Part shown: one piece after another, positions 9,230 through 16,371 of the stretch
Position numbering within the stretch: the first letter of the stretch is position 1
Layout of the letters: every line of letters begins with the position of its first letter
Source: a bacterium
Lineage (GTDB): Bacteria > Arandabacterota > Arandabacteria > Arandabacterales > JALGWA01
Length of the DNA stretch: 19,533 nt
Assembly (NCBI GenBank): GCA_050125095.1
Contig: JASFEA010000051.1
Coordinates: forward strand, 1-19,533
Reading direction: 5' to 3'
Translations under genes and position numbers: made by a program
The notes under the pieces: generated by a model
Told to the model about the DNA's origin: nothing
Database searches by the model: none
The model's input: the letters and a program-made list of their open reading frames with translations, nothing else

Positions 9230-9375
9230 ATTTGCGGTTTTGCCGTCCTACGGCCCCGGGATTCCCCCGGGATGCACCCAGGATTCGCAACTGGTCGCGG
9301 TTGCGGTTTAGGCATGACGTTATTTTGTCCACCGGCCCGAAGGGCCGGTATCCGGACCCATCAGGAGGTAATGGA

Positions 9376-10515
9376 ATGGCAGAGAAGACAGGCAAAGAAG
9401 CTGACCTCGCCGGACCCGGCATTGGCAGCTACGAGGAGGTCGAGAAGATCCTCCCCAACGATTACGAACCCCTGCTTCCCCCCAAGCAGAGGATGCAGGC
9501 GCTTTTCGCGGTGAAGAGTTACATCGAAGAGAACATGGCCAAGGAGCTTAACCTCCAGATGGTGCAGGTTCCGCTTATCGTCGATCGTCTGAGCGGTGTC
9601 AACGACTACCTCGACCGCGACGGCTCGAGAACGCCCATCGAGTTCCACATCTCGAACGACCACGGAAAAAACCCCATCGACGCGCAGGTAGTGCAGGCGG
9701 CCACCAAGTGGAAGAGAGTCGCCCTCAAGCAGTTCGATTGCAAGCCGGGCGAGGGCATCAACACCGATATGAAAGCCGTACGCAAGGACTACTTCCTCGA
9801 CCATGATCACTCCTCGTATGTCGACCAGTGGGACTGGGAGAAAGTCATAACGCCTGAGGACCGCAATCTTGATTACCTCAAGGACACGGTGAGGAAGATC
9901 TGGAAGGTCCTCTACGGCGCCGGCAAGCACGCGCAGGAGATGTTCCCCGAGCTTAAGAGCTCCAAGTATCCCGACATTCCTGAGGAGCTCAAGTTCCTCC
10001 ACGCAGAGGAGATCCTCGCGGAGTTTCCCGACCTTCCGCGCAAGCAGCGGGAGACGCAGATCATCCAGAAGTACCCGGCCATTTTCATCATCGGCATCGG
10101 CTGGACCCTCGAGGACGGCTATCCGCATGAGATGCGCGCGGCCGACTACGACGACTGGGTCACCGAGACCGTCAAGAAAGACGGCAAGATGATGCATGGC
10201 CTCAACGGCGACATCCTGGTCTGGAACCCGGTGACCAAGCGCCGCCATGAGCTCACCTCCATGGGCATCAGGGTCACCAAGGACACCCTCAAGGTCCAGC
10301 TCAAGATGACGGGTCAGGAGGACTTCCTCAATCTGCCCTACCACAAGGCGATCCTGAATGATGAGATTCCACTCTCGATAGGCGGCGGCATCGGCCAGTC
10401 AAGGACTTACATGTATCTTCTCCGCACCGCGCATCTCGGTGAAGTGAGCGTCACGGTGTGGCCGAAGAAACTCAAGGAGATTTGCGCGGCGCGCAATATA
10501 CACGTTCTAGAGTAG
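9376..10515 (+). CDS. asnA: Aspartate--ammonia ligase (asparagine synthetase A)
   Basis: SGVNDYLD, VVQAATKWKR, GEGINTDMKAVRKD, HSSYVDQWDWEK, RAADYDDW, GLNGDILVWN, ELTSMGIRV, PLSIGGGIGQSR, HLGEV. The RBS aggagg precedes ATG 9376; the ORF-track start at 9232 is too early. Confidence 0.95.
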   Translation: MAEKTGKEADLAGPGIGSYEEVEKILPNDYEPLLPPKQRMQALFAVKSYIEENMAKELNLQMVQVPLIVDRLSGVNDYLDRDGSRTPIEFHISNDHGKNPIDAQVVQAATKWKRVALKQFDCKPGEGINTDMKAVRKDYFLDHDHSSYVDQWDWEKVITPEDRNLDYLKDTVRKIWKVLYGAGKHAQEMFPELKSSKYPDIPEELKFLHAEEILAEFPDLPRKQRETQIIQKYPAIFIIGIGWTLEDGYPHEMRAADYDDWVTETVKKDGKMMHGLNGDILVWNPVTKRRHELTSMGIRVTKDTLKVQLKMTGQEDFLNLPYHKAILNDEIPLSIGGGIGQSRTYMYLLRTAHLGEVSVTVWPKKLKEICAARNIHVLE

Positions 10516-10545
10516 AGGCCGGGAGTAACATCATCGGTTTCCAGC

Positions 10546-10578
10546 GCAGGCCCTCCGAAAGGAGGGCTTGCTCTTTTT
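10546..10578 (+). terminator. Rho-independent terminator of asnA
   Basis: Stem gcaggccctcc / ggagggcttgc with a GAAA tetraloop, followed by tcttttt. Confidence 0.88.
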
Positions 10579-10667
10579 ACGCCATTTCGCCTATTGTGTT
10601 CCTGTCTTCGTGTTCTAATCCAGGTGAGCTACGAGGTCTGGCTGCAAGCAGCAATACGGAGTTGCAA

Positions 10668-10687
10668 CATCGTGTATATACACGATG
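10668..10687. promoter_or_regulatory. Perfect 20-bp palindrome, candidate operator
   Basis: CATCGTGTATATACACGATG is its own reverse complement and lies about 90 nt upstream of the RDD gene. Confidence 0.5.
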
Positions 10688-10778
10688 GATGTTGGACTGC
10701 TCTTAATTTGTTGTGGTTGGCCGGAACAGGTTCATCCGTCGCTTTCAGCCACGATCTGTGCCAGACAGGGGGGCTCTC

Positions 10779-11570
10779 ATGGCACTCAAGTTCAGGTGCT
10801 CGAATTGTGGCGAGGTGGTGATCGTTAGGTATCTCAAGCAGGGAGAGACGGCTGAGTGCAAGGCCTGCGGCAACAGGGAGCCTGTGCCCGACTGCGCTGA
10901 AGAGGCAACTGAAGTTGAACTGGCCGAGTCAACAGCCGCCGCAGATCCGAGGATCGAAGCCGACCCGGAGGATCTCAAGTATGTCGGCGACCCGTTTGAT
11001 GACAGAGCCCGCCGCTACCTTGCTCCGCTGTGGAAGCGCCTGCTGGGCTACGTCCTGGATCGTCTTATTTTCGCAGTACCTGGGTTCATTATGCTTCTCC
11101 CGGCTATAAAGAGGCTTGCAGACGACGGGGCCGGGGAGGCCGCCCTGCGAATGCTCTTGCCATTCATGCCGGAATTCTGGATTGTACAGCTCCTTTACTT
11201 GGGCGTACTGCTTATCCAGGCTGTACTTCTGGTGGAGAGGGGCCAGACGATTGGGAAAATGATCCTGCGCACCAGAATCGTCACTCTGCAAGACAAACAC
11301 CCGGCGTGGTACAGGCTACTTATTGTGCGGCCTGTTCTGCCGGTAGTTGCGACATATCGGCCCGACCTTATATGGCCCGGAGAGGCCTGGAGCATGGTTG
11401 TGCGGTACTGCCTGAGCGCGTTGCTCCTGATCGACGCCCTGGCGATCTTCGGGTCCGAGAGAAGGACGGTTCACGACCGGCTCGCCGGAACTCGCGTTAT
11501 CGACATCGGTCTCTTGCGAAAGGCACCAGGCGGGGGTAGAATCTCCGCGGATCTCAAGGGACGGTCTTGA
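10779..11570 (+). CDS. RDD-family membrane protein with N-terminal zinc ribbon
   Basis: CSNC...CKAC ribbon, acidic linker, then LAPLWKRLLGYVLD, GQTIGKMILRTRIV, RRTVHDRLAGTRVI. ATG 10779 follows a G-rich RBS. Confidence 0.85.
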   Translation: MALKFRCSNCGEVVIVRYLKQGETAECKACGNREPVPDCAEEATEVELAESTAAADPRIEADPEDLKYVGDPFDDRARRYLAPLWKRLLGYVLDRLIFAVPGFIMLLPAIKRLADDGAGEAALRMLLPFMPEFWIVQLLYLGVLLIQAVLLVERGQTIGKMILRTRIVTLQDKHPAWYRLLIVRPVLPVVATYRPDLIWPGEAWSMVVRYCLSALLLIDALAIFGSERRTVHDRLAGTRVIDIGLLRKAPGGGRISADLKGRS

Positions 11571-11583
11571 CAGGAGGTGGCCT

Positions 11584-11925
11584 CTGGCGAGAACGAGGAG
11601 ATGGGAGCGAGTATACGAAGTTGTCCGCCGCATCCCCAGGGGCCGCGTGGCGACCTACGGTCAGGTTGCGAGGCTCGCGGGCCTCGGCCGGAGCGCGCGC
11701 CAGGTCGGGTACGCGCTGCACGCCCTTCCCGAATTCAGCAATGTCCCGTGGCACCGCGTGATAAACGCGCGAGGCGAGATCAGCCTGCCGCGCGTTACGG
11801 GAGGCGGCGTCACGCAGCGCCTCAGATTGGAGCGGGAGGGGATTGAGTTCGACGGCAAGGGCCGGGTCGACCTCAAGGTCTATAAGTGGTCCCCCGGTAG
11901 GCGCTCCACCCGACGCGGCGCCTGA
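11584..11925 (+). CDS. Alkyltransferase-like (ATL/YbaZ-type, MGMT family) DNA alkylation-damage binding protein; probable CTG start
   Basis: WERVYEVVRRIPRGRVATYGQVARLAG...ARQVGYAL...VPWHRVIN...QRLRLEREG. Trp stands in place of the acceptor Cys. Homology extends upstream of the ORF-track start (11647). AGGAGG (11572-11577) lies 6 nt before in-frame CTG 11584. Confidence 0.88.
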   Translation: MARTRRWERVYEVVRRIPRGRVATYGQVARLAGLGRSARQVGYALHALPEFSNVPWHRVINARGEISLPRVTGGGVTQRLRLEREGIEFDGKGRVDLKVYKWSPGRRSTRRGA

Positions 11926-11963
11926 CCCGGCTTCGTGATGTCCTGCGATAGGGGACGGGCGAC

Positions 11964-12021
11964 ACTGTGCATTTCAAGACCTGACCCCATGGGCTGACTG
12001 TGCATTCTAAGACCTGACCCC
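11964..12021. repeat. Two 25-bp direct repeats (period 33 bp)
   Basis: actgtgcatttcaagacctgacccc (11964-11988) and actgtgcattctaagacctgacccc (11997-12021), 23/25 identical. Confidence 0.85.
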
Positions 12022-12076
12022 TTCTACTGGCTCCTGCCAGATATTATAAGATTCGCCCAATATCCCCTAATATTGC

Positions 12077-12104
12077 TTGACTCTTACCTAAGTCTAAGTA
12101 GAAT
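12077..12104 (+). promoter_or_regulatory. Sigma-70 promoter for the flavin reductase / ParA-CBM48 operon
   Basis: TTGACT, 16-nt spacer, TAGAAT in an AT-rich island. RBS aaggagg lies before ATG 12136. Confidence 0.6.
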
Positions 12105-12135
12105 AGATACTTGAAGCATTTGTAAGGAGGATGGG

Positions 12136-12636
12136 ATGGCGGAACTATCCGGAATGACCAGTGAGTTCTCAGAATCGGTGGCCGTGGTGACGGTCAAGGC
12201 CGGAGACAGGGTCAACGCGATGACTGCAGCATGGGCGATCCCGGTTTCGCAGCGGCCCGCCCTGGTGGTGGTTCACATTGCGCCCCAACGATATACGCAT
12301 GACCTGATAATAGAGGCCAAGGAGTTCGGTCTCAGCATACTCGCCGATGACCAGATGGAGGTTTCGCAGCACGCGGGCACCGTGTCGGGCCGCAAGGTCG
12401 ACAAGTTCGAAGGCGGAGTCCTTAAGGCAAAGGCGCCGGCCGTGACTTCGACCCCGGTGCTCCAAGGTTGCGCCGCCACCATGGAGTGCAAGCTCGAAAA
12501 GGCGATCGCAATGGGCGACCACACCATTTTCGTGGGAAGGGTAGTCGCACTCGAGAGAGATGAAGAGAAGAAACCCCTGGTGCTTCACCGGGGGACATAC
12601 TATAAGCTCACCGAGAGCGTGGGGAAGTATTACTAG
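12136..12636 (+). CDS. Flavin reductase-like (flavoredoxin/RutF-type) FMN-binding protein
   Basis: NAMTAAW, VSQRPALV, RYTHDLI, EFGLSIL, GTVSGRKVDKF, MECKL, GDHTIFVGRV, PLVLH. Confidence 0.9.
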   Translation: MAELSGMTSEFSESVAVVTVKAGDRVNAMTAAWAIPVSQRPALVVVHIAPQRYTHDLIIEAKEFGLSILADDQMEVSQHAGTVSGRKVDKFEGGVLKAKAPAVTSTPVLQGCAATMECKLEKAIAMGDHTIFVGRVVALERDEEKKPLVLHRGTYYKLTESVGKYY

Positions 12637-12648
12637 CGGAGATCAAGG

Positions 12649-13734
12649 ATGAGAACTATCGCCCTTTCCAACCAGAAGGGCGGCTGCGGTAAGACCACAA
12701 CGGCCATAAACCTCTCGGCCTGCCTCGCCTATAAGGGAAAGCGGGTACTTCTTATCGACCTCGACCCGCAGGCTCACGCCACCATGGGAGTCGGCGTCAA
12801 GGTGGAAGACCTGATGCGGAGTATGTACGAGGTGATGCTGGAGGGCGCCGGCATTGAGGAGATCACACGGGAAGTCAGGCCGCTCATGGACATAGCCCCA
12901 GCCGCCGTGGTCCTGGGCGCCGCCGAGCAGAGACTCGCGGGAGTGGACGGTCGCGAGAACAGGCTCTTGAACGCCCTCGGGACTATCCAGAAGCCCTATG
13001 ACTACGTCATCGTGGACTGCCCGCCCAGTATCGGGCTTCTGACTTTCAACGCGCTCCGCGCCTGCAACGAGGCCATAATCCCGATAGAGGCGAGCTTTTT
13101 CTCGCTCTGGGGAGTGGGGCGGCTGCTCGACATGATCGAACTTATAAAGGAAGAGCTCTCGCATGAGTTGAGATACAAAGCTCTCTGCACGATATACGAC
13201 GGCCGGTCCAAGTTCTCGGCCGAGATAGCCGACGACGTGTTCAGCCATTTCGAGGACCGCGTCTATGAAACCATAATTCACACCAACGTGAAGCTCCGGG
13301 AAGCTGCGAGCTATGGTATGCCCATCACGGAGTACTCGCGGCGTTCGCGGGGTTATCGCGAGTACCTCAGGCTGGCCAATGAGGTGCTTCGTGAAGAGGT
13401 GGCGGTCAAGGTGGAAGAGGCCGTGCAGACGTCCGTGGAACGGCCGTTGAAGGAGATATACGGTCCGGTACCCGTGGCGGGCGGCGTGCTGTTCAGAATC
13501 AACGCACCGGGCGCGCATTCGGTCAGCCTGATAGGCGATTTTAACGGCTGGGACGAACCTGTTGACCTTAACGACGATGACGGCGACGGCGTGTGGATAG
13601 CCATAGCGCGGCTCGACCCGGGCACTTATGAGTACAAGTTCATTGTCGACGGCGACTGGCAGACCGACCCGACGAACCCGGCCGACGTGGATGACAGGCA
13701 CGGGGGCAGAAACTCGGTCGTGGTGGTGAATTAG
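12649..13734 (+). CDS. ParA/Soj-family ATPase fused to a C-terminal CBM48 / AMPK-beta-type glycogen-binding domain
   Basis: Deviant Walker A NQKGGCGKTT, DLDPQAHAT, Walker B IVDCPPSIG, YDGR, NVKLREA. From about 13486: APGAHSVSLIGDFNGW...GVW...LDPGTYEYKFIVDGDWQTDPTNP...GGRNSVV. Confidence 0.9.
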   Translation: MRTIALSNQKGGCGKTTTAINLSACLAYKGKRVLLIDLDPQAHATMGVGVKVEDLMRSMYEVMLEGAGIEEITREVRPLMDIAPAAVVLGAAEQRLAGVDGRENRLLNALGTIQKPYDYVIVDCPPSIGLLTFNALRACNEAIIPIEASFFSLWGVGRLLDMIELIKEELSHELRYKALCTIYDGRSKFSAEIADDVFSHFEDRVYETIIHTNVKLREAASYGMPITEYSRRSRGYREYLRLANEVLREEVAVKVEEAVQTSVERPLKEIYGPVPVAGGVLFRINAPGAHSVSLIGDFNGWDEPVDLNDDDGDGVWIAIARLDPGTYEYKFIVDGDWQTDPTNPADVDDRHGGRNSVVVVN

Positions 13735-13735
13735 T

Positions 13736-14674
13736 TTGAATGAAGAACCGGGAGAGAGACGCGGCCCAAGACGCAAACTCGGACGCGGACTTAAGGACGT
13801 ATCGCATATATTCCTCTCGGGAGCGGAGCCCGGCGAAAGTTTCTCCGAGCCGGCGGCCGGCCCCGACCCGTTCGAAGACGCTCATCCCGCGCCCGCGACC
13901 TGGCTTCCGGACGCAACCTATATAAGCATAACCTCCGGCGAGAGGGTAAAGGGCAAGTCGATGTTCTCGGCCAACCTAGCCTTCTCCTTGAGAGCCAGAG
14001 GCTACCGGGTGACGCTGGTCAACGCCGACTCCGACGAGCCCGGCCTGCTCGACCTGACCGGGTGCAGACAGGGCGAGGTACTCGACGGCTCGCTTGTTAC
14101 CAATGAGGCCTTCGGCGAGCTGCCCGTAGTGACGATTTACGGCGGAAAGCGCAACCCGGGCGAGACGCGGCTCGATGTCACCGAGCCCCTGGCGGCCGCC
14201 GGGAGGGAGGCCAGGCTCGTGGTCTCGGACACCTCGCCGCTGGCTGACACCAGCTACGGCATGTGGCGAATCGCAAGCCTCGTGGTCGTCCTCACGGAGC
14301 CCTCCATAGACTCCATGCGTTCCTCTTATGTGGTCATTAAGCGCATACACTCGGCGGCCCCCGGTACGAGGATCGGTCTCGTCGTGAACAGCGCGACGAG
14401 CCACGCCGAGGGAGAGCAGTGCTTCAGAAAAATATCCGGTGTCTCCAGGGATTTTCTTAAGATAAACCTAAGGAATTATGGTATAATCATGCGCGATCAG
14501 GCAGCCAGGCAGGCTGGTGAGAAGAGAGTGCCTTTGCTGGGGGCGTTCCCCGGGTCGAAGGCATCAGAATGTGTGGAATCGGTCGCGCGGCTCATACTCA
14601 TGGATGAGTCCGCAATTGCCAGAAGGCGAACGGAGGTGAGACCTGAGGAGTGCGCATTGAGAAGAGGAGCATAG
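13736..14674 (+). CDS. Degenerate FlhG/FleN/MinD-like P-loop protein with ParB-like LGRGL N-terminal peptide
   Basis: TTG start 1 nt after the ParA stop. N-terminal RRKLGRGLKDV; ITSGERVKGKSMFSANLA; VTLVNAD; VSDTSP; VVLTEPS; GLVVNS; FlhG-like C-terminal half (GIIMRDQ...PLLGAFPGSKASECVESVARLI). Confidence 0.75.
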   Translation: MNEEPGERRGPRRKLGRGLKDVSHIFLSGAEPGESFSEPAAGPDPFEDAHPAPATWLPDATYISITSGERVKGKSMFSANLAFSLRARGYRVTLVNADSDEPGLLDLTGCRQGEVLDGSLVTNEAFGELPVVTIYGGKRNPGETRLDVTEPLAAAGREARLVVSDTSPLADTSYGMWRIASLVVVLTEPSIDSMRSSYVVIKRIHSAAPGTRIGLVVNSATSHAEGEQCFRKISGVSRDFLKINLRNYGIIMRDQAARQAGEKRVPLLGAFPGSKASECVESVARLILMDESAIARRRTEVRPEECALRRGA

Positions 14675-15450
14675 ACAGCGGCGAGGAGCTCAAGAGCCTC
14701 ACCCGGGAAGCCCTTACGGGCGAGATAGAAGACCTGGTTTTCATAGAAGACCTCCCGGCCATGGGCGAGCCCATGGAGATCGGTTTTCTGGCCGGCGACA
14801 GCAAGGGCAGAGTTTTTATAGTCGCCGCGGGCGACGGCTCCGGGGACACTCTGGTACCGCTCTATGCCAGGCATCTGGAGTGGATGAAGTCGACGCTGTC
14901 CACCCTGGTGCAGAGGCATCCCAAGTTCGACTGGAGCGGTGAGCCGGGATGCATCATGCTGGCGTCTTCATTCAGCAGTCACACCCTTCTGCTCGCGTCG
15001 ATGCTCTCGGTGACGCCGAAGAGGGCATATACTCTTAAATGCCTTGGTATCGGCGCCGAAAAGGGCCTGTACATCGAGGAGCTCGAACTGCCTGAAGTCA
15101 GGCTCAAGGCCGAATACGCGAAGCCGGAAGTCAGTCTGCTTTCGGAGACGGTGGACAAGATTCTGGGTGTTGCCGACGGGCTTTCCGTTACTGCGTCGTT
15201 CGGTTACATGAGCAGCTCTCTGGACTGGGTGCCCGTCGCGAACCTCAACCGGAAGCGCGGCAAGATCTGGATCGAATCCGGTCCTGGGATCTGGTCCATC
15301 AAGCGCGTTGCCGACGAGAAGTCTCTGGAAGCCGTCATGGATAGAGTCAAGGATTCCTACGACGAGGCTCTCAAGAAGAAAGGCCAGCCACGGGATTCGG
15401 ACAGTGAGAACCTTTCGGAAGCGGAACGCAAGAGTCTCAGCATGGACTAG
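14650..15450 (+). CDS. Hypothetical protein; N-terminal half resembles a degenerate PD-(D/E)xK (NucS/EndoMS-like) fold
   Basis: GTG start overlaps the upstream gene by 25 nt and codon usage is host-like. The segment EIGFLAGDSKGRVFIV resembles IDxLAxDxxGxxVIIExK without the catalytic residues. Confidence 0.65.
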   Translation: MRIEKRSIDSGEELKSLTREALTGEIEDLVFIEDLPAMGEPMEIGFLAGDSKGRVFIVAAGDGSGDTLVPLYARHLEWMKSTLSTLVQRHPKFDWSGEPGCIMLASSFSSHTLLLASMLSVTPKRAYTLKCLGIGAEKGLYIEELELPEVRLKAEYAKPEVSLLSETVDKILGVADGLSVTASFGYMSSSLDWVPVANLNRKRGKIWIESGPGIWSIKRVADEKSLEAVMDRVKDSYDEALKKKGQPRDSDSENLSEAERKSLSMD

Positions 15451-15504
15451 GGTGCGTCTTGCGGCAGGCTTCCGGTTCCCCTATACGGCCCACGTGACTA
15501 TACG

Positions 15505-16371
15505 ATGAGGACACTCCGCTGGTTTGAAGGCGCGCTGGTTTTTATCGTGTCGTATATCGTCTCATCGGTCGTTATCCTGCCGCTGATCCCCTTTTTGTCG
15601 CTGAGGAGCGTGACCGCAATCTCGGTCGTCGTGCTCGTGGGGATCGCGTATCTGTGGACCCGCCGGCTTACAGGCGACGTCCCGGGCTATGTCGGTATGC
15701 ATGCGGTTTCGCCCGGGGTCCTGGCCCTCACGGCCATCGGCAGCTTCGCCGTCATGATCCCGGTGATGAGCCTGCAGGCCGTCGTGCTGGAGCGCTTCAG
15801 GGCCCCTCCCGAGGTTCTGCATGCCCTTGAGGATCTTATCCGCGCGGAAAACCCGCTTCAGTTCGCCTACGCCATCCTGGTGGCGGCCGCAGGCGCGTCC
15901 ATAAGCGAGGAGTTCGTCTTCAGAGGCATACTGCAGAACTCGCTGTCGGGTAGGGTCGGCCCGTGGAGGGCCCTTGTACTGGCAACCATCGTCTTCGGAC
16001 TTCTCCACACGCTGTGGCGCTTCCCGGCCGCTTTCATACTCGGGCTGTTTCTGGGCTTCCTTTACCTGAGAACGGGTTCGCTCATCCCCGGGCTCCTGTC
16101 CCATTTCATCACAAACGTCTCTTCAATCGTGCTCTTCAATGTGGCCGAGCATTCTGCATCGGGCATAATACCCGTGTGGATGGAACAGGACAGGCCCGCG
16201 CCCGCCTATCTGGTGGCCCTGTCGCTGTCTGTTTTCATAGTCGTCCTGGTCGCTCTCTGGCGCGCAACCGGTGAAGAGGCGGATTCGTACCCGCCCGGTC
16301 GCCGCGCCGGAGGCTCGGCGGCCGGTGACGGCGTGATTCATCATGAGGAGTCCGGACATGACCTCGCGTGA
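15505..16371 (+). CDS. CPBP-family (CAAX/Rce1-like, Abi) intramembrane metalloprotease
   Basis: Multiple transmembrane segments; ISEEFVFRG, FGLLH, LRTGSL, HFITN motifs. Confidence 0.9.
   Translation: MRTLRWFEGALVFIVSYIVSSVVILPLIPFLSLRSVTAISVVVLVGIAYLWTRRLTGDVPGYVGMHAVSPGVLALTAIGSFAVMIPVMSLQAVVLERFRAPPEVLHALEDLIRAENPLQFAYAILVAAAGASISEEFVFRGILQNSLSGRVGPWRALVLATIVFGLLHTLWRFPAAFILGLFLGFLYLRTGSLIPGLLSHFITNVSSIVLFNVAEHSASGIIPVWMEQDRPAPAYLVALSLSVFIVVLVALWRATGEEADSYPPGRRAGGSAAGDGVIHHEESGHDLA

Noticed and set aside
9232-9375. ORF-track N-terminal extensions of asnA (9232), RDD (10713) and PAP2 (8282)
   Set aside because: Better RBS-supported starts lie downstream, and for asnA and PAP2 the extended starts fall within a few nt of the predicted -10 boxes.
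11584-11925. Active O6-methylguanine-DNA methyltransferase (ogt/ada)
   Set aside because: The motif is PWHRV, not PCHRV, so there is no acceptor Cys.
11964-12021. Mini CRISPR array
   Set aside because: Only two repeats, an 8-nt spacer, and no cas genes.
12072-12112. Rrf2/IscR-like operator over the flavin reductase promoter
   Set aside because: The dyad (cttgact...agtctaag) is imperfect in an AT-rich region and no regulator gene is nearby; too weak to call.
12649-14674. Chromosomal parAB or flagellar flhFG locus
   Set aside because: No ParB CTPase/HTH domain, no parS palindrome noticed, and no flhF or flagellar neighbours.
15505-16371. Abortive-infection defence gene
   Set aside because: The Abi label of CPBP proteases does not imply phage defence, and there is no defence-island context.
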